Positions 53,044 through 62,466 are shown, counted from the first letter of the stretch. The stretch: 64,000 nt of DNA from Candidatus Dadabacteria bacterium (GCA_963805855.1 CAWDVW010000005.1:768001-832000); one strand, 5' to 3'. Notes: generated from the sequence alone by a model not told the origin. Translations and numbers: made by a program.

Positions 53044-53877
53044 ATGACGCGGAAAGATTTCAAGATTCATTTTTTCAAATTTGAAAGCACAGTACCAAAA
53101 TTCCTTAATATCAAACTTTACCACATTAAAATAATCCTAATCTCATTTTTTGGACTCACGCTGGTATCACTTCTGTCGTTCGTTATTGCATACAAGTATT
53201 ACAAAAGAGCTGAAATAAGTACCAATCAGAAAAGAGAACTGGCCGACCAGCTAAAGAGTCAGTCAAACGTACTAGACGAAATGAGCAAGGATGAACTTGT
53301 ATTGAAATCCAGGTTAGTAGAAATCGAAAAGAAGCTCTTGGAAATGCAGGAGTTACTTGACAAAAAGGGGATAAACAAAGAATTGTCTGTCGGAGGTAAG
53401 TACATCCCGGCCGACGGACTGGAATTATCCTATCTTGATAACATGGAAAAGGATATATATGAGCTGTTTAATGTTATCAAGAGCTATCCCCTGGGTAAGC
53501 CCATGATACAGACCGCTATCAGATCGGGTTTTGGATATAGAAGGGATCCGTTCAAATCCAGACCGGCTTTTCACTCCGGAATAGACTTCGAAGCCAAACC
53601 TGGACAGCCAGTATTTGCGACGGCTGACGGATTAGTCGAAAAAGCGGGCTGGTACTATAGTTATGGCAACACGGTAATAATCAACCATGAAAACGGGTAC
53701 GAAACACTTTATGGACACTTAACAAGGGCAGATGTGAAAGAAGGACAAAGGGTGAAGAGTGGCGATCTTATTGGCAATGCAGGTTCCACTGGAAGGTCCA
53801 CTGGGACACACCTGCATTACGAAATAATAAAAAACGGCAAGAAGCTAAACCCCTCTAAGTACTTAAGTTTAAAGTAA
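53044..53877 (+). CDS. M23 family metallopeptidase
   Basis: HSGIDF, YGHL, STGTHLHYE; N-terminal TM and coiled coil. Confidence 0.93.
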   Translation: MTRKDFKIHFFKFESTVPKFLNIKLYHIKIILISFFGLTLVSLLSFVIAYKYYKRAEISTNQKRELADQLKSQSNVLDEMSKDELVLKSRLVEIEKKLLEMQELLDKKGINKELSVGGKYIPADGLELSYLDNMEKDIYELFNVIKSYPLGKPMIQTAIRSGFGYRRDPFKSRPAFHSGIDFEAKPGQPVFATADGLVEKAGWYYSYGNTVIINHENGYETLYGHLTRADVKEGQRVKSGDLIGNAGSTGRSTGTHLHYEIIKNGKKLNPSKYLSLK

Positions 53878-53909
53878 CTTTATTCTCAGCAAACTTATTT
53901 CGTAAATTT

Positions 53910-53996
53910 CTAGAGGGAATGCTCCCGGGTTTAGAAACATTCCCACTTTAAAGGAGGATAAAGGATGAAATGCGTTAAGTTGAAGGGCTAAGTGTA
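53910..53996 (-). ncRNA. Candidate sRNA 2, paralog of 47697-47791
   Basis: Perfect TTGACA(54031)-17-TATAAT(54008-54003) on minus strand; UCAUCCUUUAUCCUCCUUU; GGGAATG/CATTCCC stem. Confidence 0.6.
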
Positions 53997-54210
53997 ATAT
54001 CGATTATAAAGTAAGTTACTTAATGTGTCAAGAGGAAAAGTTCTTTCTCTTCTAATACCCCTAACTCGTTACAAAAAAGCTAATTTCTTCTTGAAAGTTG
54101 AACCCGCCATGATATACTGACCAAATCAACATATAAAAATTAAACCCTGCATCGAAAAACTATTAACAATCCTCATGTCGGTTTGAAACATACTCCAAAA
54201 TAGTAACCTT

Positions 54211-54282
54211 GGCGGCGTAGCTCAGAGGTAGAGCAGGGCTCTCATAAGGCCTTTGTCGGAGGTTCGATTCCTCCCGCCGCCA
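54211..54282 (+). tRNA. tRNA-Met(CAT), elongator-like; CCA not encoded
   Basis: GGCGGCG/CGCCGCC acceptor, CTCATAA anticodon loop, GGTTCGATTCC; Ile2 identity not excluded. Confidence 0.9.
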
Positions 54283-54325
54283 GTAATGATTTATCAATAC
54301 ATAAAGCTAGTTATATAGAAGTAGT

Positions 54326-55369
54326 TTAGAAATGAGTCTTGGGCATAACTAGCGAGGTGTCCGAGGAGGTGTCTATATCCGCTAATTCGACAGCCCTTTT
54401 CTTATGTTCTGGCGTCGGGTGAGAATACCGCTTTGTCATAGCTATTGTTTTATGTCCTAGCAACTCTTGAACCGTTACTATATCAACTCCAGCCATTATC
54501 CCTCTTGTAGCAAAGGTATGCCTCAAAGTATGGAATGTACAATGCGCGATTCCGGAACGCTTTAGAGCAGTTCCAAATGATCTATAAATATATTCTATTG
54601 GCTTTCCGTCCCTATAGGAGAATAGATATTCATCATCAGTATTATTTTTTAAGTCCACAAGAATCCTTGTTAGACGCTGGCTCATGGGAATAGCTCTTGA
54701 TTCATAGTTTTTACTATCCCTTACAATGATGTATCCATTCTCAAAGTCTATATCTTCCCACTTTAAGTTAAGAATCTCGCCTTTACGCATCCCCGTGGAT
54801 CTTGCTACAAAAAGTATCGGTTTCAGGTGAAGGGAAGCCGAATTATAAAGGAGTTGAAATTCTTCATCGCTAAGCACTCTAGGTTTCTCTAAAGGCGTCT
54901 TAAAAAACTTTACCCCCTTTACTGGGTTTTGATCTATTTTCCCCCAATGGATAGCCAGGTTAAATATCCTTTTGAAAACCGTCATCTCTCTATTTATTGT
55001 AGATAGAGCTTTACCTTCCTCTTTTCTAAAAGACTTATATTTCTCAACATGCCATGAAGTAATACTGCCAAGTGGCATTTTACCGAAATGTCTATTCAAT
55101 ACTTTACTTATGGTTATATCCCTCTTGTAGGAGCGATGATTGTCCTTTGCATAGTTTAAATATTCCTCCACGATCCGGCTAAATAGAATCGGCTTCATTA
55201 CTTTTTCTAACCCGAACTTACCTTGGACTATTTCCCCCACTCTTGCTTTTAGCGCTTTTTCTGCCGTTGATCTTGTTATCTTATCTATATGCCCTACGAC
55301 TTCTCTTTTACGTTTTCCATTATAGTAATAATCGATATACCAACGATTACCTTTAATATATACTCCCAT
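54326..55369 (-). CDS. Phage-type tyrosine integrase, intact
   Basis: N-terminal arm-binding-like WYIDYY; TGMRKGE, HTLRH, LGH, RY catalytic residues; converges on tRNA 3' end; no IntI-type insertion apparent. Confidence 0.95.
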   Translation of the reverse strand: MGVYIKGNRWYIDYYYNGKRKREVVGHIDKITRSTAEKALKARVGEIVQGKFGLEKVMKPILFSRIVEEYLNYAKDNHRSYKRDITISKVLNRHFGKMPLGSITSWHVEKYKSFRKEEGKALSTINREMTVFKRIFNLAIHWGKIDQNPVKGVKFFKTPLEKPRVLSDEEFQLLYNSASLHLKPILFVARSTGMRKGEILNLKWEDIDFENGYIIVRDSKNYESRAIPMSQRLTRILVDLKNNTDDEYLFSYRDGKPIEYIYRSFGTALKRSGIAHCTFHTLRHTFATRGIMAGVDIVTVQELLGHKTIAMTKRYSHPTPEHKKRAVELADIDTSSDTSLVMPKTHF

Positions 55370-55578
55370 TACTTAGACCTCCTACTTTTTATTTTTTGTA
55401 TTGGCAAAGAAGGCTCTTTAATTTCGTGGCCTTCTTGTTTCATTAATTCGTGGATTAAAGCCCTGATTACCTCGGATGCCGTTAACATGCTATCTTCAGC
55501 ATATTTATTCAGAAATTCCAACTCCTTTTCATGTAGCCAAACCCTAAATAATTTGGTTCTTAATCTCTTCTGTCTCAT
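55369..55578 (-). CDS. Ribbon-helix-helix/CopG-like DNA-binding protein
   Basis: FRVWL..KELEFL..YAE....TASEVIRALI pattern; coupled to integrase start. Confidence 0.65.
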   Translation of the reverse strand: MRQKRLRTKLFRVWLHEKELEFLNKYAEDSMLTASEVIRALIHELMKQEGHEIKEPSLPIQKIKSRRSK

Positions 55579-55735
55579 GTAACGATATTATAGCTACATA
55601 TCTTATGGTAGTCAAGTGTTGTTTTGAACCTTTCAACTAATAAGGGAATATACTTTATTGTGAGATGTAAACAATCTGAAAGAACGGCGATGTAATGTCT
55701 TTTCAAACTTCAAACAGTTAAACAAAAATGATATA

Positions 55736-56212
55736 ATGTACACCATGAAAGAAATAGCTAAAACCGATATAAAACTGTCAGATTTTCCACCTAAATTGAG
55801 GAAAATTATCGATTATATAGTAGAAAATAAGGATTTTTATGACTTGGATGAAGCTATCAGTCAACTTGGCTTGAATCCTCATTCTATATCTACTATGAAA
55901 AGCAGGTTGAAGAAAAAGGGAATAGTTTTAGAAGATTATATCTACAATAAGAGAAATGAGAGGATAAAAAAGTATGTCCCTTACGTTGATAATAGTTTGG
56001 TAAATAGGGCTATCTCAGGATCGGCTAAGCACCAGGAATTATTTTATAAGAGAACCGGTGAACTGGTAAACAAACATGAAATAGACTACAGGGTAACTGG
56101 CCTATTCGCAGTATTTAGTCCTGGCACTAAAATGCCAGCGAAATTGATAGAAGAGGATAAGGTCCTTAAACCTAATGGAGTGCAGATTATAGATGCAGAG
56201 ATTGAGGATTGA
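55736..56212 (+). CDS. HTH protein resembling phage terminase small subunits (phBC6A51-like)
   Basis: N-terminal HTH, then V.NSLVNRAISGSAKHQELFYKRTG oligomerisation-like segment. Confidence 0.5.
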   Translation: MYTMKEIAKTDIKLSDFPPKLRKIIDYIVENKDFYDLDEAISQLGLNPHSISTMKSRLKKKGIVLEDYIYNKRNERIKKYVPYVDNSLVNRAISGSAKHQELFYKRTGELVNKHEIDYRVTGLFAVFSPGTKMPAKLIEEDKVLKPNGVQIIDAEIED

Positions 56213-56753
56213 GGCCACTATATCTAGTAATTCAATCCAGGTTCGTATAAGAATCAATTATGTAAACTTTCCCCTCCCCTAACTTGCCTTAATTCCTACT
56301 AAATAAAAGTGGCATAAAATACCCTCAATATAATCATTGGTTCTAATGTATATTAATACGTTCTTATAGGATCAATACACCCTAGAATGGGTATTTATTA
56401 GCTGTAAAGGTATGTTCTTTTGATGATCTATGCCTTAAATAAACATAACTGACTATTATCTCTTTCCCTTCCAGAATCCTTAAACCCCAATATGTTGTGT
56501 TATATATCCCCAAATGCACATCACCTTATGACTCTATGCTATGATGCAACCACCATTTAAATTAAGGATTGAAGTAAAATTGTAGAGGATTTTTAATTGA
56601 AATGAATGATAAAGTGTTCCGGAAAATGAAGGGCGGGGGAGGGTATGAGAAGAAGCCACCGGAGTCTATGCGCCCATCCCCCTGGGGGTTGCCACCCCCT
56701 CCCCCCTCCCGTATACGCTATACCCCACCTCTTGATTAGGGCAAAAAAATTCT

Positions 56754-56873
56754 CGGGGTAAGGTTATGTATCAAATCAACGAGAAAACGCCTCTACGTCG
56801 GTTACAGCGGCGTTAAAATGGCTAAATTGCACATGCCAATACTTCACCTGGCGAACAATGTGAGATAGGTTTT
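56754..56873 (+). repeat. Island backbone repeat, copy B
   Basis: CGGGGTAAGGT..GAGAAAACGCC..GGCTAAATTGCACATGCCAATACTTCACCTG..TGTGAGATAGGTTTT. Confidence 0.85.
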
Positions 56874-57387
56874 TCATCACCGATTGTTAACGTTTTAGTC
56901 CGGATTAGTCACAGTATTCTAACTCTGCAAAATTTTACCTCCTTTCTTGTCTTGACCTCGTACGTGATGCTAATTGAAATATGCTTAATTCAGATATTTG
57001 CACGACAATTTGTTTGCCACAAAAAACACACCCAACATTCCTATTGACTCATAAGATTTAACTGTGATATAGTCTAGTTTCCGAAACGGGTATGCAGTAA
57101 TCATATAATCTAGTGGAGATGGGGGTAAAGTGATGATGTGGCAATTACTTGTGGTTACATTTCAGTGGATAGACCCTTCTAGTTTTATACCAATTCCAAG
57201 TCGTATCAACAAGCCCCACAAAAATATTAGGAAAGTTTTGTTCAAAACCAATCCTGTTAATACCTGTAGCACTTGGGGGGTGATTCCAATCGACAATGTT
57301 AGCCCCTAAGTTTGGTGACAACCAAACCGACGGGGATTACGAAGTCAGATGTAAAACTATGTAAAAAAATGATAGGAGGTGTATACC

Positions 57388-57804
57388 ATGAATCAATTTC
57401 CAAAGTGGCTTTTACATCGTGTGTTCTTTCCGTTGACCCTAGTGATGTTAACTAATTTGGGTGCTATATCAGGCGAACTACATGCATCTGTTGTCAACTT
57501 CGAACCAGGAGCCGTTCCAAGGGATAGAACGGCTGAATGTATGGTCACGAATGTAGGGAGCTCGACCAGGGAGGTCGGAGTACAAATCACCTCACTGCCC
57601 GAGACAATGGTACCTTTACTTACTGTAACGTTAGAACCGGGAGAAATAAGCGGTCTAGTAGTTGATATTTCCCCAGCATTTTCAGTTCTAGCTTATTGCA
57701 GCTTTTATTTTTCGGGTTCCAATTCTGATATGCGAGGCATAATTAGAGCGGTGGATCGATCAACCGGAGAGGCCATTGTTTTAGAACGTGCAGAGGCGCG
57801 GTGA
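57388..57804 (+). CDS. Secreted hypothetical protein
   Basis: AGGAGG RBS, signal peptide, two Cys, beta-rich. Confidence 0.7.
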   Translation: MNQFPKWLLHRVFFPLTLVMLTNLGAISGELHASVVNFEPGAVPRDRTAECMVTNVGSSTREVGVQITSLPETMVPLLTVTLEPGEISGLVVDISPAFSVLAYCSFYFSGSNSDMRGIIRAVDRSTGEAIVLERAEAR

Positions 57805-57814
57805 TGAGATTTTG

Positions 57815-57841
57815 AAAGGGGGCCTCGGCCCCCTTTTTGTT
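57815..57841 (+). terminator. Intrinsic terminator
   Basis: AAAGGGGGC-ctcg-GCCCCCTTTTT. Confidence 0.85.
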
Positions 57842-58091
57842 CGGTCTGATTATTAATTAAGGCAACTTAAAGAAGTCATTATAAAAGAGGAATGTACTGC
57901 TCCCCTTTTGTCAAGATGGGTTTAAGTTGGAAACATAAAGAATAAATGCTTTCAATAATCCATTTCCGAACTCATCTCGACCATTGACTATTACTTTCGA
58001 AATATTGTATTGTACTTGCGATGACGACGAGTGTAATTCATCCCTCTAGTCTCACCAAGTAAGTGTTGTTACATTTTCAAGGAGGAGAAAA

Positions 58092-58658
58092 ATGGGCTAC
58101 GGCAGAATACTTGCAAGCCTCACATTGACCGGGATTTTACTTGTTTTTTGCAGCCAGGCTGTCCTGGCTGGTCAGCAAGTCTTTGCAGCACGAGTGTGCG
58201 CAGGAGACGATACGGTCTTAGAGCCTTGCGACACCGGCGTGGATGTGAGCTCGGATTTCCTGGTAACAGGTTGGGACCAAGCTGAAGTGTATGCCTCGTC
58301 CGGAAAGCGGATCGTTCCGGAATCAGACGGAATTCGCATCAACAAGACGGGATTTTATCGGGTTGTGTTTGAGACCACGGTGTTATATAGCGCGAACGCC
58401 GTGGAACAGACTCCAGACACAGCGGGTAACCTTTATTTGCGCGACAGTGATGACCAATTCCTTGGTTCTTGCAGCACGGCCCCAGCGAAAGCGGCATCGC
58501 TGTTGGAGTGGGCCCAGGGATTCTTCGTAACAGAGTGCATCTGGTCAGGAACGCTTAAATTCGAGAAAGGTGATGTATTCAAGCTGTACTTTGTCTTGGG
58601 CAGTGAGCCCGGAGCGCCAAGCTCCGTTCAGGTTCGCCTCGATGTTAGTCGCTTGTAA
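58092..58658 (+). CDS. Secreted hypothetical protein
   Basis: AGGAGG RBS, signal peptide ending VLA, beta-sandwich-like pattern. Confidence 0.75.
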   Translation: MGYGRILASLTLTGILLVFCSQAVLAGQQVFAARVCAGDDTVLEPCDTGVDVSSDFLVTGWDQAEVYASSGKRIVPESDGIRINKTGFYRVVFETTVLYSANAVEQTPDTAGNLYLRDSDDQFLGSCSTAPAKAASLLEWAQGFFVTECIWSGTLKFEKGDVFKLYFVLGSEPGAPSSVQVRLDVSRL

Positions 58659-58749
58659 GCAGCGCAATTAGTGAATACGAACCGGGAGGACACTCCTCCC
58701 TCCGGCTCTTGCTCATAAAGCCCGCTGGCACGCTAACGAAAGTTTTCTA

Positions 58750-58888
58750 TATCTCACAGCCTCTGACAGGTGAAATCATGGTTGTTAAAGATTTCTCCAG
58801 GGAGAAAACACCTCCACGCCCTTCACAGCAGCGTAAAAACGGCTAAATTGCACATGCCAATACTTCACCTGACAGTCAACGTCAGTTA
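58750..58888 (+). repeat. Island backbone repeat, copy C, with imperfect inverted ends
   Basis: 31-nt exact match to copy B; left end TATCTCACA-N8-CAGGTGAA is the inverse of TTCACCTG-N8-TGTGAGATA in copies B and D. Confidence 0.8.
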
Positions 58889-59039
58889 ATAATTGGATGA
58901 CTCACCAAACAGAAAAGCCTTTCTTAATCTTCTATACCAAAATCGAGGGTTATTCATATTAGATATAAATAATTTAAAACTTCTCTTGACAAGCGTACCC
59001 GCAGCCTGTATTAGACTTATATAGGGAATAAACATAAAT

Positions 59040-59138
59040 AATAGTTCTAAACGATGAGGGCTACCCCGTTAGGGGACGCAAAGCCGTAGGTCTTAAGCAT
59101 TTGCTTAAGGTAGCTTGGTTGCCGAACTTAGAGCTATT
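59040..59138 (+). ncRNA. Cyclic di-GMP-I (GEMM) riboswitch, variant
   Basis: GGGGACGCAAAGCC..GGTCTTAAG..GGTAGC..GGTTGCCGAA core in a 5' UTR; flanking AATAGTTCTAA/TTAGAGCTATT stem. Confidence 0.8.
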
Positions 59139-59319
59139 GCCTTTCTTAGTTCTTCCTTCCCAATCAGCTCCCGGCTTTTCTTTCAATTAACAGCCCTTAT
59201 CAATTGGAAATGCGATTGGGGAGGTAATGCCTATTGAAAACTAAACGATTTAGGAGTGATAAGATCCGTAAGTGTGACTTGCCGAATTTTTCTTAATTTA
59301 ACAATGGGGGTATGGTTAC

Positions 59320-60270
59320 ATGTTAAATAAAAATTTAAAGTTTATTTTGATATTAGTCGCCAGTCTGGTTTTCCCGATTAAAGGTTGGGGAGGTGCTGTC
59401 CCTGCGTTTTTTAATGCTAAGACAGATGACGCCTCTTTCCAGCTTTATTATGTCTGGGACTTAAGGAATAGGGATAGTTATTTTCAGGTTTTTAATACTA
59501 GTGAGCTTCAGTCCGTTACAGTACATATCCAAGTATTTGATGCGACAGATGGGACCGAATCCAGTTGTGAAATTCGCGATTACTATGACACGTATACACC
59601 CAGGGACACTCATGTCTACAACCTTCGTAATTTAGATAGAAATAATGGGCACTTCTTGTTTCCCCCTTTTCCCGCGGACGGGTTCGGTTTTGTTGTGGTA
59701 ACTGTTGTTACAGGTGAGGAAGGCGTCGCTGTTCAGAATCCGGTCCTGATAGGTAACTTCAGGATAATAGATAATGCTGGCTATGAGTACAGATCAAATG
59801 CGGCAGGCTATCCTAATACCCTAGGCGAGGTGGCGCTACCTCCCCCAATTAGCACATATTCGTTCAACTTTAACAATGCTGATGGTAAGACATTTGCAGA
59901 TGTAGTTGGTATTGCAGTTTTTCATGCCGGTCCTGGTCCTGGGTTCAATCGTGTCATTGCAAATCCGACATATCGTGCGAATTTTGATGAAGTAACCATC
60001 ACTGATGAGAATGAAGACGCTGATATTTGTCCACCAGTTACATTTGCATGCGGGGCAGGGGCAGACTTTGATCTAGGTATTGACACTGCTGTCAAGAACA
60101 GCAAGGGTGTGAGCGTTATTTGCCCTGAGTCCCATATAGAAGATGTAGGTTTTGTTAAGCTCGAAGAAACCGAATCTAGTTCAACAACGGCAGACTTCTT
60201 TGTTGGATTTATAGGGCTTAACAACGGAGGTCGCACCGGAAGCATGGATTCTTTCACCGCGGTGCCGTAA
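59320..60270 (+). CDS. Secreted hypothetical protein (paralog of 60322-61341)
   Basis: Signal peptide; WDLRNRDSYFQVFN, DTYTPRDTHVYNL, GNFRIID motifs. Confidence 0.8.
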   Translation: MLNKNLKFILILVASLVFPIKGWGGAVPAFFNAKTDDASFQLYYVWDLRNRDSYFQVFNTSELQSVTVHIQVFDATDGTESSCEIRDYYDTYTPRDTHVYNLRNLDRNNGHFLFPPFPADGFGFVVVTVVTGEEGVAVQNPVLIGNFRIIDNAGYEYRSNAAGYPNTLGEVALPPPISTYSFNFNNADGKTFADVVGIAVFHAGPGPGFNRVIANPTYRANFDEVTITDENEDADICPPVTFACGAGADFDLGIDTAVKNSKGVSVICPESHIEDVGFVKLEETESSSTTADFFVGFIGLNNGGRTGSMDSFTAVP

Positions 60271-60321
60271 AAATTGTTCAGAGTTTATGTTTCAGAAGAT
60301 TTAAGAAGAGGAGAAATAACC

Positions 60322-61341
60322 ATGTTAAAAAATTCGAAAATAAAATCAATCGCTTTTGCGAGTATACTGGTTTTAATTATTGGATTTAGCCATTCTTATG
60401 AGGCCCGAGCACTGGAGCTATGTCCTGTTGGTTCGTTTGCGAATGGGGCAATAACTATTAACGTAGCGCCCGGCGTCTCTGATGTTGATTTTGTGGGTGG
60501 GCTTTTAGGCACGTTTGAAAGCAGTGGTAAAGGAAAGGTAGTTGGGGGTATTGATTGGCTATACAACAAAGATAATGAAAGTAGTTTTGAGACTTCTTCA
60601 ACTGCACCGCAACTTATTGGATATTGGAATCAAGATAAGAGGAGGAACACTTTTATTCAGGTTACAAATACCAATCAAGGCAGCCCCGTTTCACTTTCTA
60701 TAGAACTTTTGGATGAGAACTGCTTAGATCCCTTAAGTTTTTGTGATACGCTTTCGCCCGGAGACACACATGTCTATAACTTAGGGGGAATTAAGGTAAA
60801 AGAATTCAAAGAACCTATAATGATCACCAATGACGGAAGCGTTCTTGTAGATAATATTCAAGGGCATGAGGGGATTTTTGTGGTGACTCCGATTATTGAA
60901 TGTGGTGTAGACAGAAGGGCAATTGAGTTTCCGTTTTTGCATGGTGATATTCGAGTAATAGATGACAAAAATAAATTTGACTACGGAGCCAAAATGTGGG
61001 CGAGGGGCGCCAATACCTCTGGTTGCGAAGACCAAACCGGGGGGTTTAACATTTTAGATGGAACGGAATATTGTAAATTTCGAGACGTCCTGCCATCCAA
61101 ACTGAGTCAGGTCTTTTCGACTATTTCAAACCCGGTAAATGCTAGGTCTGATATAATTTTATTTGCCCTGACCGATTCATATTCGGACGATATTTACACC
61201 CCTTCTTCAAATTCATCATTTGTAACTTTTAACCCAGCTATTCTTGATGAGGACGAGCTTTCTTTGAGCTGTCTTGGAGAGACTGTGTGTTTTGCGAGAT
61301 TTGGATTAAATGAGACGATCCCAATAAGTAAGAAAAAGTAA
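60322..61341 (+). CDS. Secreted hypothetical protein (paralog of 59320-60270)
   Basis: GAGGAG RBS; RNTFIQVTN, DTLSPGDTHVYNL, GDIRVID motifs. Confidence 0.8.
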   Translation: MLKNSKIKSIAFASILVLIIGFSHSYEARALELCPVGSFANGAITINVAPGVSDVDFVGGLLGTFESSGKGKVVGGIDWLYNKDNESSFETSSTAPQLIGYWNQDKRRNTFIQVTNTNQGSPVSLSIELLDENCLDPLSFCDTLSPGDTHVYNLGGIKVKEFKEPIMITNDGSVLVDNIQGHEGIFVVTPIIECGVDRRAIEFPFLHGDIRVIDDKNKFDYGAKMWARGANTSGCEDQTGGFNILDGTEYCKFRDVLPSKLSQVFSTISNPVNARSDIILFALTDSYSDDIYTPSSNSSFVTFNPAILDEDELSLSCLGETVCFARFGLNETIPISKKK

Positions 61342-61541
61342 GATAGTCAGAAGGAGTGGGAAGGTTAGTCCTAGACCCTATACTCAAATGCCTTGCTTCT
61401 TGAGTTCTAATTTTATATTTATTGGATTTCTTATACTGCTCCCCACTGACACCCTTCAATATTTACCAACAACTCATCTCAAATAGGCTGTATACTATTA
61501 TTAGAATGAAATTAGTATGTGCATGGTGTGAGAGAGTTATT

Positions 61542-61609
61542 GCAGCGTTAAAATGGGCTAATTTCCACCTACCAATACTTCACCTGACGGACAATGTGAG
61601 ATAGGTTTT
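61542..61609 (+). repeat. Island backbone repeat, copy D
   Basis: GCAGCGTTAAAATGGGCTAATT..CCAATACTTCACCTGACGGACAATGTGAGATAGGTTTT. Confidence 0.8.
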
Positions 61610-61714
61610 GATTCCCCTTTCGTTAAGATTGGGTTAAGTCGGGTTTAATACACATTAATGCTATTGACTTAAACAAGTGAATTATGATATAGTGGTATCC
61701 ATAACGTCACAGAC

Positions 61715-62068
61715 ATGAAAAAGAAAGTCGAGCGTAAATTCCTAACAGGTCTAAAATTAAAGCCCTTAAAGTTGGTTGCTGCAACTCCTGTCGAGCTCTT
61801 TGGACATGTTACTTTAGTTGAAGGGTACGACCTACCGAGCTATATCGGTTGCCATGCACTAGTGGCCCTGCGTGACACACCTGGAAAAACAGTTGCAGTA
61901 CTGACTTCAGAGCATCGGCTGCAGACTCTATTAGAATCAGCCCTCGTCAGCGGTAACCTGATAGCTTTTTGGGGACAGAAACTATCTAGTCCTCCAACTC
62001 CTGCTGGGGGTACATGGATAGTGGACGTATACAGTATTGACCGTGTGATACTTTACAACTTCGTGTAA
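61715..62068 (+). CDS. Hypothetical protein
   Basis: 117-aa ORF with upstream TTGACT...TATAGT promoter-like sequence. Confidence 0.6.
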   Translation: MKKKVERKFLTGLKLKPLKLVAATPVELFGHVTLVEGYDLPSYIGCHALVALRDTPGKTVAVLTSEHRLQTLLESALVSGNLIAFWGQKLSSPPTPAGGTWIVDVYSIDRVILYNFV

Positions 62069-62306
62069 TTATCTTTTAAGTACTACAAAGCAGCAAGTGA
62101 GCAGTACTACTGCCGTCCTACCTATCAAAATTCCTCCTCATAGAGAAAATGCGTATCTAAAAGGTGGAATGCCTATTGGGATGGGAGCACAGAGTTGTAC
62201 TGCTCCCCTTTTATCAAGTTCGAGTTATGAAGAATGTAGTGTTTCCTCCGTTTCTCATCCGCCCGTTTCCGATTATGCCCACTAAGCCTATCTATTGCTT
62301 TACTCA

Positions 62307-62466
62307 TGGTCTTACTATAGGGGATAGGCCATTTTTGGTTTTTCCATATTTTCCCATTGACTAGAAATTACATTTATCTTAGTATTAAAAACAAGAGCGA
62401 TTTGCAGTATAACACCCCTCATGGGAAATCATACTACATTTTCTCACTGTAATTAATAAGTTATGT
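62307..62466 (+). promoter_or_regulatory. Promoter plus attI-like platform, copy 2
   Basis: 30-nt identity ATTGACTAGAAATTACATTTATCTTAGTAT with copy 1; similarity stops at GTTATGT (62460-62466). Confidence 0.6.

Noticed and set aside
57075-57370. Long 5' UTR before the 57388 gene as a riboswitch
   Set aside because: Only a small hairpin; no recognisable aptamer consensus
56754-61609. Backbone repeats as a CRISPR array or attC array
   Set aside because: Spacing is kilobases, no cas genes are present, and there is no RYYYAAC...GTTRRRY organisation
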